From a virus: DNA of 40,276 nucleotides. The translations under genes and the position numbers were made by a program. The notes under the pieces were generated by a model. The model was not told the origin of the DNA. It worked only from the letters and a program-made list of their open reading frames with translations, and ran no database searches. Of this stretch, positions 8,705-17,029 are shown piece by piece; the stretch's first letter is position 1; every line of letters begins with the position of its first letter. The DNA lies in the UHGV virus genome UHGV-0069047; one strand, given 5' to 3'.

Positions 8705-8726
8705 AAACAAGGCCGCGAAAGCGGCC
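8703..8726 (-). terminator. hairpin terminator for the minus-strand tail operon
   Basis: GGCCGC-gaaa-GCGGCC with T-run on the minus strand (TTGTTTTT). Confidence 0.5.
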
Positions 8727-8727
8727 T

Positions 8728-8739
8728 GTGACATGTCAC
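8728..8739. repeat. 12-bp palindrome GTGACATGTCAC (copy 1 of 3)
   Basis: Perfect palindrome; identical copies at 26283 and 28583. Confidence 0.7.
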
Positions 8740-9032
8740 GTTCCTTTTCTGAATGATAGCCGTTCGAAAAATGATGACATTCCACCGCAGACAATAGCAA
8801 AGATGATCCCACCAAAGAAGAGAAGGCCAGCCTGCCACCACTCCCACCGCCATACATCCACAGCGCCAATCATACCAACAATCGCTCCAACAAACGGAAT
8901 ATAACTCACGACAAAAGCAACGGGAGCTGCAATTATCCAGTGCAACCCCCACCATGATTCAAGCCCAGCCATAATTGCTGCCAACTGAAAAAGACCAACG
9001 ACGATATAAACAATGAATCCTATAGCTTGCAT
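8736..9032 (-). CDS. multi-TM membrane protein (98 aa)
   Basis: Hydrophobic, Trp-rich; SD before ATG; at distal end of tail operon. Confidence 0.5.
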   Translation of the reverse strand: MQAIGFIVYIVVGLFQLAAIMAGLESWWGLHWIIAAPVAFVVSYIPFVGAIVGMIGAVDVWRWEWWQAGLLFFGGIIFAIVCGGMSSFFERLSFRKGT

Positions 9033-9044
9033 GTAGTCACCTAT

Positions 9045-9218
9045 TTACCCAGTAAAAATCAGAGGCCTCCCCTCAATAAGGCTTGCAACAAGAACGACTC
9101 CCTGCACAACAAAGATGAACCAGCAAATAGCTTGAGTCTGAGGGTTAAGAAAATATTTGTAGCGGTCAATAAATAACAACCCACCAGAAATTATCACACT
9201 CAAAATAATTAAAAACAC
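9045..9218 (-). CDS. possible small membrane protein (about 57 aa, non-ATG start)
   Basis: Hand-translated ORF between the 824-aa gene and the 8736..9032 gene; hydrophobic; not in the supplied ORF track. Confidence 0.25.
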   Translation of the reverse strand: MFLIILSVIISGGLLFIDRYKYFLNPQTQAICWFIFVVQGVVLVASLIEGRPLIFTG

Positions 9219-9227
9219 AACACTTCC

Positions 9228-11702
9228 TTATTGCGGAGTGACATCCTGAGGTCGCCACCAGTATGTCTGGTTAAACTCTTTCTTCGAACGTTGCTCCATT
9301 TTACGCAGATAGCCTGGTGAAAAATACTCCTGCATCTGGTTAAAGATCATGTGATCGAGAGCCGCCTTCAAGTACCAGAGATTCGCACCTGGCATCAGCC
9401 CCTTCCCCAGCTTAACCAGATCACCACCAGTCTGCTCGTTCTTCCCTTCCACAGCATTTAGAGGTATGCCCTGAGCTATCTTCACTACGTCATCAACCAG
9501 ACCAGCTACCGGGCCAAGCATCGACGCCAGCGCGCCGCTCCCGTACCTAGTGTGGTCAGAGAAAAGAAAATCACCGTACAACCCAGCCCCACCACCTTTT
9601 AAAAATGCATTTATCCAGAATTTAACCATGTGGTCACCGGTCATTTCCTTTGGATTTCTGCCATTAATAAGATCAGTAATCTGCATGGAAAGAGCACCAA
9701 GCATGGTTGTGCTTGCTAAAAACGTTGCTATATATGCTGCACGCCCACCAGCAGACGGCATCCCCATAGCTCTATGCCAGTGACGCATGACAACGGAGAT
9801 CGGAAACGACTTAAACAGGAATACGCTACGGGTTAGTTCTCCCTTCCATGTCCCACGCTGGATGCCTGAACCGGTAACCATCTGCTCACGCGCACCAGGA
9901 GTGATGACCGCCATATCCACTTCTTCGGTCACCGCCCCGAGCAACTTGCGCATCGCTTCAAACTTCACGCGCTCTGGTGCTCCGAGATGCTCTACAGCAG
10001 CATCAGGAATGCGCATGATGCTTTCCGGCGTCAGCATCGTGTTGTTGCCTTTTCCCCAGTCCTCCTGTTGCGCCAGCTTCCATACGCTCCAGTCTGTGTC
10101 AGTAATCCCTTTGCTTTTCAGGATACGAAAATCAGAATCATCGAGGCTACGAAGGTCTGGTGTCCGTGACACTACTTCTCCCAGGCTTCCCATCATGGTT
10201 ACGCCATAGGCGCGCTTGTGCGCATCTGACCATGCTGTAAGCCCACTGGCACGCATTACCGCCGTTGCAGCCCAACGAGACACAGACGGCCCCATATTAT
10301 CCATCGCCCAGCGGTTAACGCTGCCAAGTAGAGATTCCATCGCCAGACCAGCGCGGCGCGCCCGCGCAAGTTCTGTACGGTTCGTTGGGTCCATAGCTTC
10401 AAGCTGGTTGCGGAATAACTGGTTCATTGGAAGGTTGGTAACCTTCGCAGACAGATACATGGTTCCAAGATCAGAGAACGATGACAGCAACGCGGATCCG
10501 AGTCTGCTGGCAACCAGCCAGTTGCGGATATTGTCAGACCATCGCGCGATGTGCGGATTCGCTACAGGCTGTGTCTTTCCGGAAATAAAGTTGTACAGAT
10601 TCTCTGTGTTGTTCGCCAGCCGCTCGACTTTACCGGTTTTACTCGGGTTAGCTGTTGCCGTTTCTGCCTTCACCTGATCAAGAAGAGAGCGGAAAACATG
10701 ATCGGGGTTTGGGCCATATGTTTCCACCAGTGCAATATCTTTACTGATACCTTCCAGGTGACCGACCATGATTTCCCATAGAGAGCGATCGCCATAAAGT
10801 TGTTGATATTGCAGATAGGAATCTGCATCTTTGAAATGTATCTGTCGTGATGCATTACCACGGTTAGCACGTGCGCCGGAAATTCGCATTCCGGTATCAG
10901 TAAGCTTATTCAGCCCACCAGTAGCGATCGTGTTATAAGCCTCTCCAAGAAATGAAGACAACTCGGCATCGTTCATCAGTTGTCCATCGGCTCGGATATA
11001 ATATTTGCGATCCAGCTTACCTATAACATCGCTAACCCACTTATCCTTTGATACCGCCCCAACCTTTTCCATAGAATGATGTTGAGGGATCCCCCAGTTT
11101 TCGAGATAGCCAATGTCCCCACCAGCATCATTAAACCGGCGGCGCAGTAGCTCTGTCACTTCTCTCCACGCCTTAGCACCTTTTCTTGCTTTAGCATTGC
11201 CAGTATTTTGCCCTCGCATTTCATATACCAGGTCACGCACGCCAGCTTCATCTTCAAACAGGCCAAAAAAGCGAGGATCAACTGCTTCAAATGCCTCCTG
11301 CAATTGACTCAATGCATAATCACGAGTGGCTTTTGTTCTGGATTCAACAGAGAGGAAATTCGATTTACCGTCTGCATTAAAAGCAATAGTACGGTTAAGA
11401 GCGCCAAGTTTCCCATCAGCCCCTTGATAGCTATTGATAAATTTATCCAATCTCTGACGTGCGGCTATAGTGAGGGCCACACGACGTTTCTTTAATGCCG
11501 CTTCTAGCTGTAATTCTTCAGATGCCAATTGTGCTGCACGATATAGCCGCTCTGATTCGGAAAGTTGTCTCCACGACATCGGGTCATCACGAGCAATGGA
11601 GCGCATATTTCGATAAATGCGGTCTTCAATGTTCTGTATTTCTCGCGCCGTTAACGTGCGCTGCGCCGCCTGCTGGACCGCTTGTATACATTCCTGTCTC
11701 AT
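9228..11702 (-). CDS. large internal virion / ejection protein (824 aa)
   Basis: Position after tail tube genes in T7-like order; no specific domain recognised. Confidence 0.5.
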   Translation of the reverse strand: MRQECIQAVQQAAQRTLTAREIQNIEDRIYRNMRSIARDDPMSWRQLSESERLYRAAQLASEELQLEAALKKRRVALTIAARQRLDKFINSYQGADGKLGALNRTIAFNADGKSNFLSVESRTKATRDYALSQLQEAFEAVDPRFFGLFEDEAGVRDLVYEMRGQNTGNAKARKGAKAWREVTELLRRRFNDAGGDIGYLENWGIPQHHSMEKVGAVSKDKWVSDVIGKLDRKYYIRADGQLMNDAELSSFLGEAYNTIATGGLNKLTDTGMRISGARANRGNASRQIHFKDADSYLQYQQLYGDRSLWEIMVGHLEGISKDIALVETYGPNPDHVFRSLLDQVKAETATANPSKTGKVERLANNTENLYNFISGKTQPVANPHIARWSDNIRNWLVASRLGSALLSSFSDLGTMYLSAKVTNLPMNQLFRNQLEAMDPTNRTELARARRAGLAMESLLGSVNRWAMDNMGPSVSRWAATAVMRASGLTAWSDAHKRAYGVTMMGSLGEVVSRTPDLRSLDDSDFRILKSKGITDTDWSVWKLAQQEDWGKGNNTMLTPESIMRIPDAAVEHLGAPERVKFEAMRKLLGAVTEEVDMAVITPGAREQMVTGSGIQRGTWKGELTRSVFLFKSFPISVVMRHWHRAMGMPSAGGRAAYIATFLASTTMLGALSMQITDLINGRNPKEMTGDHMVKFWINAFLKGGGAGLYGDFLFSDHTRYGSGALASMLGPVAGLVDDVVKIAQGIPLNAVEGKNEQTGGDLVKLGKGLMPGANLWYLKAALDHMIFNQMQEYFSPGYLRKMEQRSKKEFNQTYWWRPQDVTPQ

Positions 11703-11707
11703 TTAAT

Positions 11708-13510
11708 TTAACCTCTCAAGAAACACGCCACAGCGACATCAAACAGGCTGGAATCCTGTATTGCCTGCTCACTTTCCCTGTTCGCTTCATCCAGTACTTC
11801 ACGCGCGCTGCGCGATTGTGGATTACCATCATCATCCAGCACGGTGATTATCATGTCAGGTGATTCAAGCAGCGAGTCTTCAGCTATGCGCAGATCAATA
11901 TCTCCCGCCTGATCCGCCATCATTTTTTGTTCTGCCTGTTGCAATATTTTATCAGGCTCAAAAGGAGCTACTTCGTCTGGCGTCCTGACCTCTGCTGTTT
12001 TATAGAATGAAACAGCCTGAGCATTAAGTTCACTTTCTGCCTGTTGTCTCCGAGCCAGTTCTGCTCGAGCTTCAAAAAACTGACCGCCAGGCTCGTGCGG
12101 TGCCAACGCGTTACGAGAAAATTCCAGGCGTTCTTGTGCCTGCCGGATTCGTTGGTCAATATCGCGAAGTCTGGCCTGTTTATCTGATCGAGCACGAGAT
12201 AAAGCCTTACCGCTACCGGTTGGCTCTTCTGCAAGAATTTGTGCGCGCTGTTCAGTGAGATTTTCAATAATTCGTTGGCTATTAGCGATTTCAGACTGGT
12301 AAACCTGTCTATCGCCACGCGGCAAAAGCTGCGCGGCCTGTTCTTCAAGCAACCGATTTTCTATAGCGCGCGCCGTTACTCCATCATCTACAGATGACAG
12401 AGCCTCATTAACTGCCTGAGACAGCAGACTCTTGCGCCCAGGAATTTCACTGAAAGATGCAGACTCAACAATGCTGGCAACGTCTACATCTCTCCCCTGG
12501 CTAACATCAGACATGGCTTTTCGCAGAGCCTGAATGTGAGAATTACGCGAAAGCACGTTGATCGGCACGCCAGGAGCAATATCAATTTCAGCATGATGAG
12601 CGGCATTCGCCGCCAGTGCAGCATCGATATCAACTGGTGAAAAATTTGGTGTGCTTGTAGACTCGCCGCGAGAGTTAATAAATCTGCCGACACCACCAAA
12701 CGCCACCCCAAGAACAGCATCAATAGCAATTGCCTGTCGATCCAACACATCATACTGGTTAGCCATTTCGCTATAGCCACCATCACGAAGCGTTTTTGCA
12801 GTAAGCCCACGCTGTGCCATACCGAACGCAATATTTGTACCTGCGGCATAGGCAATATCTGGCGTTGCACGTACTGCTGTTGCTGCGGCGCGTCGCACTG
12901 AACTCTCACCCGTCCGCGCAAGCTGAGCCGCCACACCTTCCGCCAGCGCACCACCAGCACGTAACCCGAGGCTCATAGGGATCAGTGTTCCGGCACCAGC
13001 AGTAATGCCCTGCACTAATCCCGCTTCCTGCGCCGTCCTGAAATCAACACCCTGTGCTGTCAGCCGTTCAAACTCAGAAAAACCCTGTAGCGAAGTTACC
13101 GCCGCTGCACCTCCGACAGGACCACCGAGCGTTGTACCGACAACAGCCTGCCCGCCCATATCGAACAACCCATAAAGAACCTGCCCGGCGGTTCCGGTTG
13201 TCGCGGCATCAGGCGTCAGCCGCTTAACCTGCTGCTCTGCTAGTTTTCTCTGCTCAGCAATGTATGAAACTGAAGTGTCATTGAGCAAGGTGTTTTCGTT
13301 AACAAACTGAGCAATCGGGGATACGATTTTATCCATCCCTGCCCATAGCAACTGATCTGGCTTTGCCACCAGCCCGGAGTACAAACCAGACAATGCCGCC
13401 CCTACAGCATTGTCGAAAAAACCAACATCGCTGTTAAAGCCAGCTGGATTTGATGCTGCTTCGTCAAGCTGCTGATTCTGGTTTACTGGATTAAGGCCAA
13501 AGTAACTCAT
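11708..13510 (-). CDS. internal virion protein (600 aa)
   Basis: Gly/Ala-rich N-terminal half, charged coiled-coil C-terminal half; position in virion module. Confidence 0.5.
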   Translation of the reverse strand: MSYFGLNPVNQNQQLDEAASNPAGFNSDVGFFDNAVGAALSGLYSGLVAKPDQLLWAGMDKIVSPIAQFVNENTLLNDTSVSYIAEQRKLAEQQVKRLTPDAATTGTAGQVLYGLFDMGGQAVVGTTLGGPVGGAAAVTSLQGFSEFERLTAQGVDFRTAQEAGLVQGITAGAGTLIPMSLGLRAGGALAEGVAAQLARTGESSVRRAAATAVRATPDIAYAAGTNIAFGMAQRGLTAKTLRDGGYSEMANQYDVLDRQAIAIDAVLGVAFGGVGRFINSRGESTSTPNFSPVDIDAALAANAAHHAEIDIAPGVPINVLSRNSHIQALRKAMSDVSQGRDVDVASIVESASFSEIPGRKSLLSQAVNEALSSVDDGVTARAIENRLLEEQAAQLLPRGDRQVYQSEIANSQRIIENLTEQRAQILAEEPTGSGKALSRARSDKQARLRDIDQRIRQAQERLEFSRNALAPHEPGGQFFEARAELARRQQAESELNAQAVSFYKTAEVRTPDEVAPFEPDKILQQAEQKMMADQAGDIDLRIAEDSLLESPDMIITVLDDDGNPQSRSAREVLDEANRESEQAIQDSSLFDVAVACFLRG

Positions 13511-16020
13511 TGCGGAATATCTCCGGAGAATCTCTGACGCTTCTGTGTCAGATCAAGAACAACAGGAGAACCATCATCTTTCAGCAGATAACCAGTACCA
13601 AGTTTCACCAGGTACTGACTATCGCCGTAACTTTGCAAACCATACTGACCAGGCGGTGTTTTTATCCCTGTGCCAACAACTTGTTCATTCCAAGCCTGAT
13701 TAACCTGCTTATCGAATTGCTCTGCAGACATTCCCCACGGCAAAAGAACATTCCCCATTCCGTTATAGTCATGCACGCCACCTGTAGCTACGTTAACAGC
13801 CTGTTTCCAGATATCATTGTCAATTTCGCCTGATACCACGCCTTTTTTCGCCATCACACCAGCGTAATAGTCCTTTGCGATCTCGTATGCCATTGATGCC
13901 CCCTGAGCATCACCAGCAAATGCATCCTTCACCATGTCAGAAAACTCAAGGCGAAGATCAGCATCTTTAGGCATCGGAATACCTTTCGCGTCATCAGTAC
14001 CTTTACGAGCCGCCGCGCCAGCAAGAATTGTCTGCGCAGCGGTTTCTGGAGACACGGAAACATCCGGATTAAACCAGTTTTTTTCTGCCAAAATACCACC
14101 TGGCTTATCCATCAGTATCCCGGCAACGGCAGCAGATGGAGCGTTGGCACTGATCTGCTGTAGTGCTGACATATACACCTGCCCACCACCAGTGCTCTGC
14201 CTGATGGTATCGAGATATGCTGCCTGTTGGGAAACGGGCGCATCACGAAAGAAAACACCGATCTGATTGGCCTCGTCTTTGGAAAAGAACGTCAGTGGAG
14301 TGCCATATGACTTAGCAAGGTCACTGACCTGAGCAGCACGCAAGGCAACGCTCTGTCCAAAGTTATCCTTATTGCTCATGTCGATAGGCTTTGCCTGTCC
14401 GGCGGCAAGAGAGAACTGTACAGGATCAGCCTGTCTCTGCTTTATCACCTGACTTGCAGCCGACACAACGTTGTCATAAAGAGCGGCTCGTGCCGCATAA
14501 CCCTCCCCTGTCTCACCAGTATCCGGGCGTAATTGCTCAACATATGCTGTAATGCTGCTTGTCGGCATGTTGCGGAAAGAGCCTATATACTGTCCGGCGA
14601 TTTGCGTATTTCTGAACTCGGTATATCGCAGGTTTCCTTCTCTGACTCCATAAGCTGCAATAAAATCAGCCTCACCAGGTGGGTTAGGAAATTCAACGCC
14701 ACGCATATACGCAGCTGTCGCATCGCGAACTTGGCTGTCAATCATCGTTTTATATTCAGCCTGCTGCTGCCGACGCAGTTGATCCGCCTGTCGCATAAAA
14801 CTTGCCTGCGCCTCAGGAGATGCCGCATCGAATGCTGCATTACCGGTATAGCGTTTGGTGTTGGTTGGAATTGTTGATAAACCAAGTGCTGCACTGACAC
14901 CAGCAGTTAGCTGCTGATCACTGTATGGCTGGCTACCGTTCTCATGATGGATAATGGCTGCACAAAGCGCCTTCAGGGTATCAGGATTAGATGCATCGAG
15001 AGGCTCATCAGCAGAAACGCCAAGTTGTTCGCACACTGCTTTGATATACGACATAGTGTCATTTTTATCAGTAGGCGGTGCCCAGCGATTAATTATCTCG
15101 CTGACGGTATCAATACCCTGCCTCTGATACGACATCAGGTTCCGCCCTAATGCACGAATCCCGTGTTCAGGTGTTTCGAATTTAGCAAATCGACCATCAT
15201 CACCGGTCTGGCCTACCCACGGATTGGTTTTGCTGTATTCGAGATTTCCTGGGTTATTGTTGCGTATGCCACGGGCACGCTCGGAAGAGTCACTATCTGC
15301 TACAGCACGGCGAGCTCCAGCAGCAGTATCACTTAACTCGCCATTACTTTGGATGAATGCGGTCGCATTGTTTGCCGACCACTGGGACAATGCTGCATCA
15401 GCAACCTTCTCTTTAAACTCGATTTTCTTGGCCTGGATTTGCTCGTCGCTCCAGCCATGCGCAATGCCGTAATCCTCAATTTGCTGGAAAGTTTGCTTAT
15501 TAGCCAATATGTATGCGGCGTTGTCGCCATACAATGCTGCGGCATTTTTACCATTGTTCAGCAGTGTCGCCTGAAACTGGCCTTCTTCGTAGGCATTAAT
15601 TTGCCCTATCTCGTGTCGCCCGGCCTGCGTAGTGAACTGAATGCGCTGCTGCTGCGCCTGCTGCATGAAAGCATTACGAGCCTGTTCATCCGGCAGCGAC
15701 ATAGCCAGTTGTTCGACCTGAGCATCAAACTGCTGCGTATACTCATGGCCTTTTCCAATAGCATTTTTCCCTTTCAGGTTAAGCAATCCTGTTTCAGGAT
15801 TATTCAGCAGATCGCTGCTTATCTGACTGAGGTTAAGAGATGCCTCCTGAGCCAGAGCGATATTGGCACGCTGTTTTGCCTGCCCCAAAACATCAATTGC
15901 CTCTGTCCCTGCCCGAACAAAAGCATCACCAATACCTTGCTGAGAAAACGTCTGCAAGCCTGCTGACTGGACTCCACGACTCTCAACCTGACGTCCGGAT
16001 ACTGTTGGTACGACTGGCAT
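13507..16020 (-). CDS. internal virion protein, possibly with a cell-wall-active domain
   Basis: Start taken at ATG 16020 overlapping upstream stop (TAATG); conserved block GIRNNNPGNL...; domain assignment uncertain. Confidence 0.5.
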   Translation of the reverse strand: MPVVPTVSGRQVESRGVQSAGLQTFSQQGIGDAFVRAGTEAIDVLGQAKQRANIALAQEASLNLSQISSDLLNNPETGLLNLKGKNAIGKGHEYTQQFDAQVEQLAMSLPDEQARNAFMQQAQQQRIQFTTQAGRHEIGQINAYEEGQFQATLLNNGKNAAALYGDNAAYILANKQTFQQIEDYGIAHGWSDEQIQAKKIEFKEKVADAALSQWSANNATAFIQSNGELSDTAAGARRAVADSDSSERARGIRNNNPGNLEYSKTNPWVGQTGDDGRFAKFETPEHGIRALGRNLMSYQRQGIDTVSEIINRWAPPTDKNDTMSYIKAVCEQLGVSADEPLDASNPDTLKALCAAIIHHENGSQPYSDQQLTAGVSAALGLSTIPTNTKRYTGNAAFDAASPEAQASFMRQADQLRRQQQAEYKTMIDSQVRDATAAYMRGVEFPNPPGEADFIAAYGVREGNLRYTEFRNTQIAGQYIGSFRNMPTSSITAYVEQLRPDTGETGEGYAARAALYDNVVSAASQVIKQRQADPVQFSLAAGQAKPIDMSNKDNFGQSVALRAAQVSDLAKSYGTPLTFFSKDEANQIGVFFRDAPVSQQAAYLDTIRQSTGGGQVYMSALQQISANAPSAAVAGILMDKPGGILAEKNWFNPDVSVSPETAAQTILAGAAARKGTDDAKGIPMPKDADLRLEFSDMVKDAFAGDAQGASMAYEIAKDYYAGVMAKKGVVSGEIDNDIWKQAVNVATGGVHDYNGMGNVLLPWGMSAEQFDKQVNQAWNEQVVGTGIKTPPGQYGLQSYGDSQYLVKLGTGYLLKDDGSPVVLDLTQKRQRFSGDIPQ

Positions 16021-16565
16021 TATGATCCTCCGGGTAATCTGGTTCCTGCTGCTGCCCCGATTGGCGCAGGAGTGCTTTGAGTAAACGGATTCCACGTCCC
16101 ACCAAACATCTGGTACGCACCGTATGCCTTCAGAGGCGCAGTGAGCAATGTTGTTGCTGCTCCCACATTCCCCTGTTTACGGGCTGAACTGGCTTCTGCT
16201 TTATAGTTGGCAGCCTGAACCTGATAACCGTAAGCCTCGCGTTGCGCGTTATTCACCGTCGTCAGCGAATCAAGAGCGCCAAACTGGGCAGTGTCGCCAA
16301 ATATATCCAGCGCGTTACCTGTAGATAAATCAGCGCCGGTAGCCCCCATTGTCGCCGCCTGTGTACCAAGCCGCTGTCGGGTCTCTCTGCGCCGTTGCTC
16401 AGCTTCAGCGTTACCTCTGTTTATTGCATCATTTGCCTGAGCTGTGGCTATATCTGCGTTCGCTTCTGCAACCTTCGAGGCATACTTTCCCTGTTGGTAC
16501 TGGGTGTATGCCTGAATGCCACTCATGGCGAGCATTGCGCCACCAGCAATAACCGGATCGCACAT
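16020..16565 (-). CDS. virion protein (181 aa)
   Basis: Ala/Gln-rich small protein inside structural operon. Confidence 0.45.
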   Translation of the reverse strand: MCDPVIAGGAMLAMSGIQAYTQYQQGKYASKVAEANADIATAQANDAINRGNAEAEQRRRETRQRLGTQAATMGATGADLSTGNALDIFGDTAQFGALDSLTTVNNAQREAYGYQVQAANYKAEASSARKQGNVGAATTLLTAPLKAYGAYQMFGGTWNPFTQSTPAPIGAAAGTRLPGGS

Positions 16566-17029
16566 TATTTTCTCTCCATGTGAAATCTGTGGAAATTAAG
16601 ACCAAGAGCACCATAAGGCGCGGCTTCTTCAAGCCTGAATCCAAGCCAGTGCAGCCATGCTTTGGCAACATGGTTTCGCTCGTCGACGTAGTTTTCCAGG
16701 CGCGGATAAACTGCCAGCATCTGCTGCAATACAGGTCGGCAGTGGCGAAGAAATGTCTTCTGATATTTTTCAATACGGCTGGTCCCGACCAGCCATGGCG
16801 TACCATTGCCACCGATCATTGACGCCGGAGATACACCAAACATGGTTACCAGTTCTCCGTTCGCGAACCCTGACCAGGACATAGTCGCAGTGCGAAGACC
16901 AACGCGCAGCGCATCTTCGGTAGTCATCAGCGATACCGCATACAGTTCGTCAATATCAGCCTGACGAACATCCGGCAAAATCATCTGAAGATGCTCTTCG
17001 GTAGTGGGAATAATTTGAACTTCGATCAT
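16565..17029 (-). CDS. virion-associated protein (154 aa)
   Basis: Position between tubular protein B-like gene and internal virion proteins. Confidence 0.4.
   Translation of the reverse strand: MIEVQIIPTTEEHLQMILPDVRQADIDELYAVSLMTTEDALRVGLRTATMSWSGFANGELVTMFGVSPASMIGGNGTPWLVGTSRIEKYQKTFLRHCRPVLQQMLAVYPRLENYVDERNHVAKAWLHWLGFRLEEAAPYGALGLNFHRFHMERK

Noticed and set aside
8727-8740. TGTGACATGTCACA as a CRP binding site
   Set aside because: CRP half-sites TGTGA and TCACA are separated by 6 bp in the consensus; here the halves are nearly contiguous, so this is a different palindrome.
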